A program made the position numbers and the translations under genes. The notes under the pieces are model-generated. The model saw only the letters and a list, made by a program, of their open reading frames with translations, was not told the DNA's origin and made no database searches. Source: Candidatus Heimdallarchaeum endolithica (lineage in GTDB: Archaea; Asgardarchaeota; Heimdallarchaeia; Heimdallarchaeales; Heimdallarchaeaceae). Taken from it: a stretch of DNA of 64,000 bases. The stretch is taken from contig CP084167.1 in NCBI GenBank assembly GCA_021513715.1, positions 1,440,001 to 1,504,000 on the forward strand. The letters run 5' to 3'. Positions 26,935 to 37,426 of this stretch are shown here, piece after piece (within the stretch, counting starts at the first letter, position 1; each line of letters opens with the position of its first letter).

Positions 26935-28170
26935 ATGAATACTGTGTATGGTACTTTAATTTTACATGCAAACCTTCAATATGCAGAAATAGCAAAATCT
27001 GAAATACCAAATGTGGTCAATAGGAGTTATATTCCTGTAATTTCAGAACTGATTGATAAACCTAAAGTTCAAGTTGCTTTCAACTTTACAGGAGTAACTT
27101 TAGAGATTTTGAGTAATGAATATCATGAAGTTATTGATCTTTTAAAAGAAGGAATAAAGAAAAAGAAGTTTGAGTTAACTGGTTGTGGATATTCACATCC
27201 CATATTACCTCTTCTTCCTATTAATGACATAAAAAAACAAATAGAATACAATGAAGCTGTACTTAAAGATGTTCTCAGCTATAAGCCCACAGGGTTTTGG
27301 CTACCAGAATTGGCTTACGACCCCACTTTACCTAGAATATTGAAAGAATATGGTTATTCATACATTTTCATTGATGATGATTTGTATTCCAACAGTGAAG
27401 AATTAAAGAATATTGCTAACCCCTATAATTATCTCAGACCCAATTTAGAAGCTTTCATTTCCGAATTTCTTAAAACTAAAAGTTTGGTGAAAAAGTTTTT
27501 CCAATTCATTAAAATCAAAAAAGAGATACTTGATAGATGTAAAAAACAAGACTTTTATCCTGTTGAATTAAAAGGAGTAGGAGACACGATCACAGGGATT
27601 AGAGCACCAAGAGCATGGTTTGTGCTAACTTATTCTGCATTAATGAACTATCCTACAATTAATATTAATACTATCAAAAAAATGCTTTCTTATCAAAAAA
27701 ACAAAAATGGATTAATAGTTCTTTATGCAATGGATCTTGAGTTTTTTGGTTATAGAAGTTACATTGATGGACATTTAGTTGATCACAAAGACTTGGGAAA
27801 TATGTTAAGTAAATTAGCAAAAAATGACGAATTTAAATTAATTTTACCGAGTGATTATCTTCAGAAATTTAAACCAAAGAAAATAGGTTATATGAGAACA
27901 GGTAGTTGGGCACCATATGGTTCACTAGATATTTGGACAAAAGATGAAGACAATAAGAAACTAGAAAGATTATGTGAGGATGTTCGGATGTATTTAAATC
28001 ATCTTCCCCCTTCAGAAGAAAAAGAGAAAATATGGAAGTTACTATTACTCGCTGAAAATTCTGATGGAAGAGGATGGGATCCAATTCCAGAGAGAAGATT
28101 AGATTGTTTCTCTTATGCAGTGGAAGCGTTAAACAGAGCAAAAAAAGAGTACGAAGACACTATACTTTAA
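26935..28170 (+). CDS. Glycoside hydrolase family 57, Pyrococcus-type alpha-galactosidase
   Basis: HANLQYAEI, YSHPILPLL, GFWLPELAYDP, DLEFFGYR, SWAP and AENSDGRGWDPIPERRLD motifs closely follow Thermococcales GH57 alpha-galactosidase. Confidence 0.85.
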   Translation: MNTVYGTLILHANLQYAEIAKSEIPNVVNRSYIPVISELIDKPKVQVAFNFTGVTLEILSNEYHEVIDLLKEGIKKKKFELTGCGYSHPILPLLPINDIKKQIEYNEAVLKDVLSYKPTGFWLPELAYDPTLPRILKEYGYSYIFIDDDLYSNSEELKNIANPYNYLRPNLEAFISEFLKTKSLVKKFFQFIKIKKEILDRCKKQDFYPVELKGVGDTITGIRAPRAWFVLTYSALMNYPTININTIKKMLSYQKNKNGLIVLYAMDLEFFGYRSYIDGHLVDHKDLGNMLSKLAKNDEFKLILPSDYLQKFKPKKIGYMRTGSWAPYGSLDIWTKDEDNKKLERLCEDVRMYLNHLPPSEEKEKIWKLLLLAENSDGRGWDPIPERRLDCFSYAVEALNRAKKEYEDTIL

Positions 28171-28189
28171 TTTATATTGCGTTCTAGAG

Positions 28190-29050
28190 TTACTCTTTAT
28201 AATTAATTATTGCTTCTGCAACTCTTATTGCTTCAAGAGTTTCTTTTACATCATGAGTTCTAAAGACATGAGCTGAATTAATCAAAGCGACGACAGAAGC
28301 ACCTATTGAACCATACAATCTGTCTTCAGGAGGAGCATTATTCAATATCTTTCCGATAGATGTCTTTCTACTAATTCCCACATAAATTGGTTTTTCAAGG
28401 GTTCTAAATTCTTTTAATTTCTTAATTATTAGATAGTCATGATGGTAGTCTCTAGCTTCCCATGAACCTATCCCAGGATCAACAGAAATTTTATTCTTAT
28501 TTATCCCAGCGTCTAAGCCTACATTAAGAGATTTTTTTAATTCTTGAATTATTTCTGGGATTAAGAAGACATCTCCAGGTTCTTTTCTTGCAGCCATTAG
28601 TACTGCTGAAGCGTCATAATCAGCTATTAAGTCAGCAAGTTTAGGGTCTTTTTTAAATCCAGAAATATCATTAATTATTTGTACTCCTCTTTTTAGCGCA
28701 AGTTCGGCTACATTATATCTCATTGTATCAACAGAAACTTCAACATTAGAATAACTTGAAACCACATCTAACACGACATGAAGAGCGTTTTTAATCATTT
28801 CTTGTTCTGTTAAAGCATCGACTCTCCCTTCTCCCCCATAAATTTGAATGGGTCGAGTAGACTGAGCACCAATATCAATGCAAGAAGCTTCATCATTGAT
28901 CATTTGCATTGTAACTTTTCCAAGTTCTTCTTTGGAAGTTTTTATTGACCCCTTATAAAATGAAGCTTCTGAAATATTTATTATTCCAACAATACAAGCA
29001 GGAAGTCCATCACCGACTTCAATTTTTCCTAAATAACCTTTAATACTCAT
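28190..29050 (-). CDS. folP: Dihydropteroate synthase
   Basis: GIINIS..SF, IDIGAQSTRP, SVDT, INDISG, VDPGIG, GISRKT and FRTHDV motifs. Confidence 0.92.
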   Translation of the reverse strand: MSIKGYLGKIEVGDGLPACIVGIINISEASFYKGSIKTSKEELGKVTMQMINDEASCIDIGAQSTRPIQIYGGEGRVDALTEQEMIKNALHVVLDVVSSYSNVEVSVDTMRYNVAELALKRGVQIINDISGFKKDPKLADLIADYDASAVLMAARKEPGDVFLIPEIIQELKKSLNVGLDAGINKNKISVDPGIGSWEARDYHHDYLIIKKLKEFRTLEKPIYVGISRKTSIGKILNNAPPEDRLYGSIGASVVALINSAHVFRTHDVKETLEAIRVAEAIINYKE

Positions 29051-29858
29051 CTTTTTCTTTCTCCACTTTTTCTTGTATACAGCTGAATAAAGGACCTATA
29101 AACATGCAATTTTTTGCAGAGATAAGTTTATTTATATTTTTCTCGTCCTTATCTTCAATCTTTATCATTGGATATCCTCTAATAATTACAAAAGGTATTT
29201 GTTCATTGGTTTCTCCCATTAATAGTTCAGCAGCTGTAGCTAGTTGATCAGCAACAGCTCTTTGAGTGATATGCATTTCTCTATTAAAGAGATCTTTTCT
29301 TCCTCTCTCATCAAGAATTGCCTCAAACCCATAAGTTCCTAAAGCACATCCTACTGTTCCTAATCTCATAGGCATAGTTCTAGAGTCAGCAATAATAACT
29401 CCTATCTCTTTTTTTGTGATTTTTGTTAATGCATCATGAATCCTTTTTGCAGATTTTTTACTATCTTTTGGAAGAAGGACCACTCTTTTTTCTCCTACAT
29501 TTGATTGGTCAGCTCCAGCATTAGCTAGTAACCCATATTCATTATACGTTGTTATTGCTCCTGGAACAGTTCCAATGTAATTATAATTACATTCCTCTAG
29601 AATTATTTGTGCGAACTCAGCAGGCATTTTTGCTTTTTCTGCTATTTTTCTTGCAATAGGTTTTACTCTTTGTTCAATATCATTAAAATCTACAACATTC
29701 TTCTCTGAAAATGAGACAACTTTACTTGCAAATACTATAATATCATTATTTTCTATTTTCTCATTTTTCTTTTCCAATGATTTTAGAAAAATATCAATTA
29801 GATCATCACCAACAGCTATAATTTTTACTGCTGGTATTGGAATAATTTCTATGTTCAT
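29040..29858 (-). CDS. cofE: CofE-family gamma-glutamyl ligase (F420-0:glutamate ligase or alternative folylpolyglutamate synthase)
   Basis: ASKVVS, ANAGADQSN, VIIADS..PMRLG, DLFNREMHIT, ADQLA and LMGETNEQIPFVIIRG motifs. Confidence 0.85.
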   Translation of the reverse strand: MNIEIIPIPAVKIIAVGDDLIDIFLKSLEKKNEKIENNDIIVFASKVVSFSEKNVVDFNDIEQRVKPIARKIAEKAKMPAEFAQIILEECNYNYIGTVPGAITTYNEYGLLANAGADQSNVGEKRVVLLPKDSKKSAKRIHDALTKITKKEIGVIIADSRTMPMRLGTVGCALGTYGFEAILDERGRKDLFNREMHITQRAVADQLATAAELLMGETNEQIPFVIIRGYPMIKIEDKDEKNINKLISAKNCMFIGPLFSCIQEKVEKEKDEY

Positions 29859-29893
29859 TGAAATGTGAAAAAAAAGAGTAAATAAAAGAGTAT

Positions 29894-30979
29894 TTATTCT
29901 TTCTTGAAGAATTTCACTCCTTCATCAACATTGACTGCCCATACAGGCAAAGATAATTCATTTCTTAATTTAGAAGCGATAGAATCCTTTTCATCATTAT
30001 ATGTTAGAATAACTACACATCCTCCGAGACCAGCTCCTGTTAACTTTCCTCCTAAAGCTCCAAATTTTATTCCGAGATTAACTATTTTGTCTAATATGGG
30101 GAGAGAAACACCTATTCCTTCTCTTAATGCAGTTTGTTGAGATGTTAGTAAAGAGCCTAAAAACTTTAGATCTGGATTGTATTTACTTAACTCAACTTCT
30201 GCTTTCTCTGTATCATCTCTAATTGAAACAATAGCTTTCAACAATTCATAGTCAGTAGAACTAAATTCTAGCTTATACTTTTCTAGTTGTTCCATTGTTA
30301 TTTCTCTTATAGAAGTTGAACTTTTCTTGAAAAGATCGAAGACTACTTTTTTGCTTTTAGTTACAATTTTACTATGTACATCATTAGTTTTTTTAGGAAC
30401 ACAACTATTTACTACTACTATTCCAAGATCTGGATGATCAAATATTTGAAATTTAACTTTATTCTCGTCTTTTAAGTCTAAACTTATAATTGAACCTATT
30501 GCAGATGAATATTGATCCATTTTTCCACACGGAATTTTAAGTATATCATGTTCAGCAATATAAGCCAGTTCTGCAACAGTTTGGTGATCTATTTTTATAT
30601 TGGAAGAATGAGCTATCAAACTTATCCAACCGACAAGTAATGCAGCTGAACTAGATAGTCCACTTTCTAGAGGTATCTCACTTGAAATTTCAACATCTAA
30701 AGGAACAAAATTTTCATCCGGGAATTGTTTTTTTAAACTCAAATATCCAGCTTCTAGATAAGAAAGAAAAGAAGAGTTAGCAGATAATTCATTTAAAGAA
30801 GTTGGAATGATTACAGATTGCTGCAAATCTAGCGATTTCACACGATAACACAATTGTTCTGTGCTATTGGCATAAAATAAAAGGCGTAAGTTTATTGCTG
30901 CAGGGATTACTTTTAATTGCAAGTAATCTTGATGTTCTCCAAATAAACACACTCTAGCAGGAGCAGATGCAAATAACAT
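29894..30979 (-). CDS. galK: Galactokinase (GHMP kinase)
   Basis: SAPARVCLFGEHQDY, PLESGLSSSAA, CGKMDQ and GGKLTGAGLGG motifs. Confidence 0.85.
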   Translation of the reverse strand: MLFASAPARVCLFGEHQDYLQLKVIPAAINLRLLFYANSTEQLCYRVKSLDLQQSVIIPTSLNELSANSSFLSYLEAGYLSLKKQFPDENFVPLDVEISSEIPLESGLSSSAALLVGWISLIAHSSNIKIDHQTVAELAYIAEHDILKIPCGKMDQYSSAIGSIISLDLKDENKVKFQIFDHPDLGIVVVNSCVPKKTNDVHSKIVTKSKKVVFDLFKKSSTSIREITMEQLEKYKLEFSSTDYELLKAIVSIRDDTEKAEVELSKYNPDLKFLGSLLTSQQTALREGIGVSLPILDKIVNLGIKFGALGGKLTGAGLGGCVVILTYNDEKDSIASKLRNELSLPVWAVNVDEGVKFFKKE

Positions 30980-31101
30980 TAGATTTGAAATCTGTAGACA
31001 GCTATTAAGTTTTTCTAAAAAATAATATCTAAATTAATAACTTCTGTCCTTAAAGGAACTAGAAAAACTAATAAAGATAGACTCTTCAAGTCATACAACA
31101 A

Positions 31102-32304
31102 ATGAAAATTTTGGAAAATCTCTTCAATGTCAATCTTTACTTAAATAAGGAAAATATTGATATAAGAAGTAAAGAACCACTACGAGATCCGTGGGTACAA
31201 ATTTACATTCCTGAGCTTTATATAACGTCTGAGAGAATAAATAAAGGCGTTGCAGACATTATTGAAAAAGTTTTAATTGGAAATTGTATATGTTCTATAA
31301 TTGGAGATTTTAAATCTGGAAAAACTTATTTAGCAAAACTTTTAGCTGAAGGTTTCAAACAAAGTCTCCATGAATATTGTTCATACAACAAATTCTATGT
31401 TATTTTTTTAACTCCTGATAACTTTCCAGAAAGATATTCACTTTCAAATTTTATGAGAATTATTTCACAAGAAGTTTTGGGAAAATATTATCAAAGTAAA
31501 GAAAAAATTATTGTTGAACTCAAAAAACACATCTCAGAAGAAAACGCATTACTAATTATATTCATTGATAATTTTACTAAAGAATCGCTTTTACAGATTC
31601 TAAGTGATAGTTTAAAACTAACAAAGTTATTGAAAAATCATTATTCATGTATTTTCAGCTGCAGTCGTTCTGATTACGAACTATGTACACAATCCTTAGG
31701 ACAAAGGCTTACTTCAACATGTACATCATGTTTTCATATTCCAAGTTTTGATTTAGAACAAACCTCAAAATTATTACAGACAAGATTAAACTATGCGTAC
31801 ATGAAATCAAACATTGAGGTATCAAACATCTTTGATAAAGATGTATTGGAGAAAGCATGGATATATTCTGATGGAAATCCGTGGATATTACTGGCTTTAT
31901 TCTCAGACTCTTTTGCATATGCTAAATCAGTAGGAGCAAATAAAGTTACTGAAAAACATTTAGACAAAGTGCACTCACTATTTTCTAGAAAGAGATTCAT
32001 AGGAGATTTAGATAATGGAGGAGATAAATTCCTAATAAAACAAGCTCTAAATGAATTTCCAAATAGAGAAAGGCAAGTTTGTGAGTTTTTATTGTATAAA
32101 GATGCTACAGCAAAAGAAATTACAAAACATTTATACGGAGATATTAAAACTCAAGAATATAGAACAAAATACATGGGTACAAAGTCCTTTATCAGGAGAT
32201 TGAGAGATAAAAATATGATTGTAATAAAAGGAAAAAGAGGGAGAGCACTTCTATTTGGTATAAATCCAAATCTTAAAGCTTATTTACAAGAAAAAAAAGT
32301 GTAA
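31102..32304 (+). CDS. AAA+/P-loop NTPase (ExeA/Cdc6-like) with C-terminal winged helix
   Basis: Walker A GDFKSGKT, degenerate Walker B IFIDN, SDGNP lid motif, C-terminal HTH-like region. Confidence 0.65.
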   Translation: MKILENLFNVNLYLNKENIDIRSKEPLRDPWVQIYIPELYITSERINKGVADIIEKVLIGNCICSIIGDFKSGKTYLAKLLAEGFKQSLHEYCSYNKFYVIFLTPDNFPERYSLSNFMRIISQEVLGKYYQSKEKIIVELKKHISEENALLIIFIDNFTKESLLQILSDSLKLTKLLKNHYSCIFSCSRSDYELCTQSLGQRLTSTCTSCFHIPSFDLEQTSKLLQTRLNYAYMKSNIEVSNIFDKDVLEKAWIYSDGNPWILLALFSDSFAYAKSVGANKVTEKHLDKVHSLFSRKRFIGDLDNGGDKFLIKQALNEFPNRERQVCEFLLYKDATAKEITKHLYGDIKTQEYRTKYMGTKSFIRRLRDKNMIVIKGKRGRALLFGINPNLKAYLQEKKV

Positions 32305-32309
32305 AAACT

Positions 32310-33443
32310 CTATTTCTTTCTCCCTAAAAAGGGACGTAAAACTAAAGCTAGTATAAACACTACTATTAAGTTTATTAAAAGTAAGTTTGTATAGATAGTT
32401 GCTAGAACGTACCATGTTTCCATATTTAAATAGAATTCAGAGATATTTAGTTGATACCAATAGTAACTAAATATTCCTAACACAAATGCCAAAGGAATAT
32501 TTAAAGCAAAGTAACTTCCTTCGAAATCAAAAGTTAAAGTTCCTGTTGTTCCTTGAGCTCTTTGATAAACGATTAAAGCTAGACCGATACCAATTATCAT
32601 CCCCGCAATAGGTAAAACATAGAACCCATTAAGAAGAGTAAAGACAGCTAAGTTATCACTAGTTGTTTTTTGGAACACATGATTTATAAACAATAAATTA
32701 TCTTCACCTATTATCTGTGTAGCTGTTTCTTGAGTAAATGTTTCATTGAACATGATGTTTATTGCTAATGTAGCTGCTAGAGCTAAAAAGATAATTATTT
32801 GCCCAATGATTTCCCTTATTTTATTTTCTATTGAAGAAGAATGAACTCTTCGTCCTAGTAGAATAAATACAACCATATAAATTAACCCAACTATCATAAC
32901 AATTAGATCAAAAAATGGAAATGAATCATACGGATTTCCTAAAGATATGTTATATACTCCATTAGCGTAATAGGTTTGAAAAGAATTAGTAAGATATAAA
33001 AGCATATTAATTGCAGCACCAAGTATTGCTTGTAAACCAAAAACGATCCCTATCCAAGTTAGAGCTGTTTTTCCGCTCATCTCGATTGTTGCAAAAATCC
33101 CTGTGAACAATGCAACTGACAGATAAATTACGACAATGCTAATATATCCTGATGTATAGTTTCCTATTGGACTATAGAAACATAATGATGCTGAAAGTGA
33201 AATAACTATAGAAGCGATTACGTTTTTTGCAATTGCAGAAGTTATTGCTATGATACTTATTGTAAACAAGATTACAGCAGGAGTTATCCAGTCAGTAAAT
33301 TTAGGCATTATACCTAAAAAGGGAATCAACCACTCAGTAACTACAGCTAAAGCGATTCCAATAACACTAGAAATAAGCGCTCGTTTACTGATAAATTGAC
33401 CAGGGTTAAAATATTTTATTTCATTCATTTTTATCATTCCCAC
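32310..33443 (-). CDS. Multi-pass membrane protein
   Basis: About 10 hydrophobic segments; no family motif recognised. Confidence 0.7.
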   Translation of the reverse strand: MGMIKMNEIKYFNPGQFISKRALISSVIGIALAVVTEWLIPFLGIMPKFTDWITPAVILFTISIIAITSAIAKNVIASIVISLSASLCFYSPIGNYTSGYISIVVIYLSVALFTGIFATIEMSGKTALTWIGIVFGLQAILGAAINMLLYLTNSFQTYYANGVYNISLGNPYDSFPFFDLIVMIVGLIYMVVFILLGRRVHSSSIENKIREIIGQIIIFLALAATLAINIMFNETFTQETATQIIGEDNLLFINHVFQKTTSDNLAVFTLLNGFYVLPIAGMIIGIGLALIVYQRAQGTTGTLTFDFEGSYFALNIPLAFVLGIFSYYWYQLNISEFYLNMETWYVLATIYTNLLLINLIVVFILALVLRPFLGRKK

Positions 33444-33540
33444 ATTATTACTTTACTAAAGTTAAAACTATAAAAGATAAAAAGATTTTGGAAAAAATTT
33501 AGTGAAAATTGTGCAATAATTTGTTGAACATAAGACTAGT

Positions 33541-33924
33541 TTATCTCCTATAACTATCTCCAATGCTCATCAAGGTAGATCCAATATAAGTAAGCAATCC
33601 AGACAAGCCTGCTATCAATATTGTCCAAACTGGATCAATAACTACCCCCAATGCCTTATTGTCACTTTGCCAGATAATTAAGAACACAGTTAGTAGTATC
33701 AACGCAGCTAACATAAATCCAGTTAAAGTTAGATACGCATTTTTTTCTTTTTCTTGATATACCGCAGATACTGAACCTAGAGAAAAACCTCCAAGAATTC
33801 CAATACCCAAGTAAAATAAGAAATACCAAAATTGGGGAGATGTAAGCTCAACTATTGTTATTATTACACCAAATATTCCTGTAGCTGTTAAAGCTCCTCC
33901 TAAAAATGCTGCTGGTTTAGGCAT
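33541..33924 (-). CDS. Small 4-TM membrane protein
   Basis: Four hydrophobic helices; GGTGA SD upstream. Confidence 0.7.
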   Translation of the reverse strand: MPKPAAFLGGALTATGIFGVIITIVELTSPQFWYFLFYLGIGILGGFSLGSVSAVYQEKEKNAYLTLTGFMLAALILLTVFLIIWQSDNKALGVVIDPVWTILIAGLSGLLTYIGSTLMSIGDSYRR

Positions 33925-34091
33925 TAATAATCACCATCTTTTTATTCGCTTAATGGTAAATAGTTCCTCTTGATTTATTAATATTTCTGAATAAATCGTT
34001 CTTCTGATTTTAAAACTCGATAAAGATATCAATATACTATTAGAACATATAAAAAAGAAGTTTGTTTAGGAAAAAATAAGAAAAAAAAAGA

Positions 34092-35909
34092 TTATTTCTT
34101 CTTTTTCCAAATGAAAATCATTATACCAAGTGCAAATATTGAAAATGCCCAGGCAAATGGAGTTGTTTGTGTTGTTTCTTGTTGTAACTCAATTGAAAAG
34201 ATTATAGATATAGTATTATTGTTTCCTGCTTTGTCAGTTACAACAATTTTGGCTTCAAAATCTCCTGATGAAGTATATTGATGAGAAGCAGAGTTAGAAT
34301 TAGTTGCATTCCAAACTGTTCCATCTCCCCAATCAATGTAGACACAAGCTATATCAAAATTGTCTTCATAACTGAAGAATAATTCTACATATCCATCTGT
34401 ACTTTTAGATAAAGAAGTGTTAGTTGATTTTGGATCAATTAAAAGGGTTGGCATCTCAAGATCTATATAGATTAAACTGGAAATATTTTCTGAAGTACCA
34501 AGTGTTGTCTCAACATATAATGAAACATTATATTCTTTTGATTCGTTAGCAAAACTATGAACTGTAGACATTTTTTCAAAGTCAGTAATGTTTTCTGTTT
34601 TACCATCTCCAAAATTGAAAAATATTTCAGAGATATCCCCTTTTGCCAGTTGAATTGTATAATTGAACGTTATTGTAGTATAATTAAAGTATGTTTGGCT
34701 ATAAGGAAAGAGAGTCAACACAGGTTTTGAATCATATATCTCTAACTCGTGAAACTCACCTTCTGTTTCGTTATATCTTTCACCGTAGTATAAATTAAAA
34801 GCTCTAAAACTGATAATATTTCCTTTATTGAATTTGCCTAAGTTGAATCTATATTCACGTATTGTATCATTCCATCCATCTGAATTAGTAACATTAGTTT
34901 CATTTATCAAAACTCCATCTGTTAAATCAGTCAAAGGAACTATTTCTGTTCTATTTGTTTGACTCTCTTCAACTTTGTAACATAGACCAAATTCATCGTT
35001 CTTTGTCTCATTGAGAGTTCTTAAAATCACAGTTACATCGTCAATATCAGTATAATAATCGCTTTCTTCAGGCAGTGATTCAAAGTAAAAACCATTTTGT
35101 ATTTTATATACTTGCAACTCTCCTGTTTCTGCGTTTAAGTCCCATCCAGCAGAGTTGTTTGCAACAAAATAGATCATTCGTTCTGTAAGGTTAAAAGATA
35201 TTGTATAAACAGGGAATCCTGTTCCAGTATCATTTGTTTCATAGTCCATATCAAGAAAAGTTACTCCATCATAATTGGTCAAGCTCCCATTAGAAATTCG
35301 ATCTCTATAGACAGAAAGTGCTAATGTTACTTTATCTGTTGGATTACCATTTCTCACAATATATTTTAAAGTGATTGTTTGGTTAAGATCAGCTAAAAAT
35401 GTATTAGTACCTACTTTTGGTAATGAAATAATTTCTTCGTCCAGATATGGAGGATGAACACTATTACGAGCATAAATATAATGCCATGCATCCACATGAT
35501 TGAAGACTGATAATTCTTCATAAGTTCCATTTGTAATTTCTCCACTCCAAGCATATCCCTTGAATTTTGTATTTTCTGTTAAGTTAAAAACACCACTATA
35601 GTAGGATAGATCTCTATAGGAATGAGAATAATTTAGTGCTAATGCTGAATTTAAATCTGTTGTTAAACCTGACCCTTCACCAACGAGAAATACTCCATCG
35701 ATACCAGCGAATCTTGGGACAGTATAATTTACTGTAATTAAAGTCCCATTATCAAGAGAGAAACCTGCGGGAGTATATTCTTTTAATTTTGGTGCAGGAA
35801 CATTGTTCGCTGAAATTTTTATTGTTTGGTTAAATACAACCATCATTGATAATGAAATAACTAATACAAGTATCAACGTACCTTCTTTTCTCTTATTCAT
35901 ACTCTTCAC
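34092..35909 (-). CDS. PKD-domain cell-surface protein
   Basis: FNFGDG and IDWGDG...HQY...G PKD motifs, DKAGN; signal peptide; TTPF-TM-KKKK anchor. Confidence 0.8.
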   Translation of the reverse strand: MKSMNKRKEGTLILVLVISLSMMVVFNQTIKISANNVPAPKLKEYTPAGFSLDNGTLITVNYTVPRFAGIDGVFLVGEGSGLTTDLNSALALNYSHSYRDLSYYSGVFNLTENTKFKGYAWSGEITNGTYEELSVFNHVDAWHYIYARNSVHPPYLDEEIISLPKVGTNTFLADLNQTITLKYIVRNGNPTDKVTLALSVYRDRISNGSLTNYDGVTFLDMDYETNDTGTGFPVYTISFNLTERMIYFVANNSAGWDLNAETGELQVYKIQNGFYFESLPEESDYYTDIDDVTVILRTLNETKNDEFGLCYKVEESQTNRTEIVPLTDLTDGVLINETNVTNSDGWNDTIREYRFNLGKFNKGNIISFRAFNLYYGERYNETEGEFHELEIYDSKPVLTLFPYSQTYFNYTTITFNYTIQLAKGDISEIFFNFGDGKTENITDFEKMSTVHSFANESKEYNVSLYVETTLGTSENISSLIYIDLEMPTLLIDPKSTNTSLSKSTDGYVELFFSYEDNFDIACVYIDWGDGTVWNATNSNSASHQYTSSGDFEAKIVVTDKAGNNNTISIIFSIELQQETTQTTPFAWAFSIFALGIMIFIWKKKK

Positions 35910-36046
35910 TCAAACATTGCTTGGCTTTCTATTAGATAAGTATTTTTATTCTTTTTGTCTTGAACTTAATTTTGTTATTTATCCAAATATAAAAATATAA
36001 ATAAATATCTCCGAAAGGGATGTAAGGACTTATTTAAGGTGGAAAA

Positions 36047-37342
36047 ATGCAAAACTTCGAGCAGATTTTTAAGGAAAAAGGAATAGAATACATCCAGTTT
36101 CAATTTACTACGATTTTCGGAGACCTCAAAGCCGTCGAATTTCCAGTAAAAATTTGGGATACTATGAAAAATGGATCAGGTGTAGACGGTTCTTCTTTAG
36201 GTTTTCTTAAAACAGAACAAAGCGATATGAAAGCAATACCAGATTATTCAACATTCGCAATTTTACCTTGGGAGCCTAGAGTAGCAAGGTTTATCTGTGA
36301 CATGTATGATACCCATGGGAATCCACATCCAGCAGACCCAAGAAGCATTTTAAAGAGTGTTATAAACAAAGCAGAAAAAATGGGTTTTGACTACAAAACT
36401 AGACCAGAACTTGAATTTTATTTACTTGATTCAGAAGGAGAACCTTTTGATAATGGTTTATACATGGATACGGGCCCATTTGATCCATTAGCAAGTCTTA
36501 GGAGAGAGATTACTGATAACATGATTGAAATGGGAATGGGTGTTAAAACCATTCATCATGAATGTGGAAATGGGCAACATGAGATTGAGTTTACAACACT
36601 AGACGCTTTACACCAAGCTGACAATGTCCAAACATCTAAATTAATTGCAAAGACTAGGGCATTATTCAATGGGATAATATGCACATTCATGGCTAAACCT
36701 ATTTTAGATCAAGCAGGAAGCGGGCTACATATTCATCAATACTTAACAAAGGATGGAGAGAATGCTTTTTCTGATGAAAAAGAGAAAATAAGTGACACAT
36801 TGAAATTCTTCGTTGGAGGAATACTTGAACATGTTGATGAGATAACAGCTTTTCTTAATCCAACAACAAATTCATATAAAAGACTTGTACCAGGACACGA
36901 AGCTCCTGTTTATAAATCATGGGGAATAGGAAACAGAACTGCACTTATAAGAGTTCCAGGATATGAGAACAAGGCACGAATTGAATATAGAGCAGCTGAC
37001 GCAGCTACAAATATATACCTTGCAAGCGCACTATTACTTGCAGCTGGATTAGATGGAATTGAAAAAAGGACAGAACCTATAGAACCTACTACTAAGAACA
37101 TAGAAAAACTTTCAAAAGAAGAAAGAAAAGAAATGAAGATAACAGAGTTACCAAAAAATCTAAATGAAGCACTAGATTTTGTAGAAAAAAGCTCCTTTGT
37201 GCGTGATATTCTTGGGAATCTTATAGTTGATATTTTCATCAAAGAAAAAAGAAAAGAAATAGAGAAACTGAATTCAACAAACCCTAAAGGCGATCTTGAT
37301 GAATTAACATGGGAATATGAACAATATCTTGAAAGAGTTTAG
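36047..37342 (+). CDS. glnA: Glutamine synthetase (type I)
   Basis: DGSS, PELEFYL, HHECGNGQHEI, TFMAKP, GSGLHIHQ, NSYKRLVPG, NRTALIRVP and RIEYR motifs. Confidence 0.92.
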   Translation: MQNFEQIFKEKGIEYIQFQFTTIFGDLKAVEFPVKIWDTMKNGSGVDGSSLGFLKTEQSDMKAIPDYSTFAILPWEPRVARFICDMYDTHGNPHPADPRSILKSVINKAEKMGFDYKTRPELEFYLLDSEGEPFDNGLYMDTGPFDPLASLRREITDNMIEMGMGVKTIHHECGNGQHEIEFTTLDALHQADNVQTSKLIAKTRALFNGIICTFMAKPILDQAGSGLHIHQYLTKDGENAFSDEKEKISDTLKFFVGGILEHVDEITAFLNPTTNSYKRLVPGHEAPVYKSWGIGNRTALIRVPGYENKARIEYRAADAATNIYLASALLLAAGLDGIEKRTEPIEPTTKNIEKLSKEERKEMKITELPKNLNEALDFVEKSSFVRDILGNLIVDIFIKEKRKEIEKLNSTNPKGDLDELTWEYEQYLERV

Positions 37343-37426
37343 TTTTTTCCCATTTATTTTTTTTATTTTGTAAATCTTAATAAATGATATTTGTACAATA
37401 TTATTAAAGAAGAATGGTGATATATT

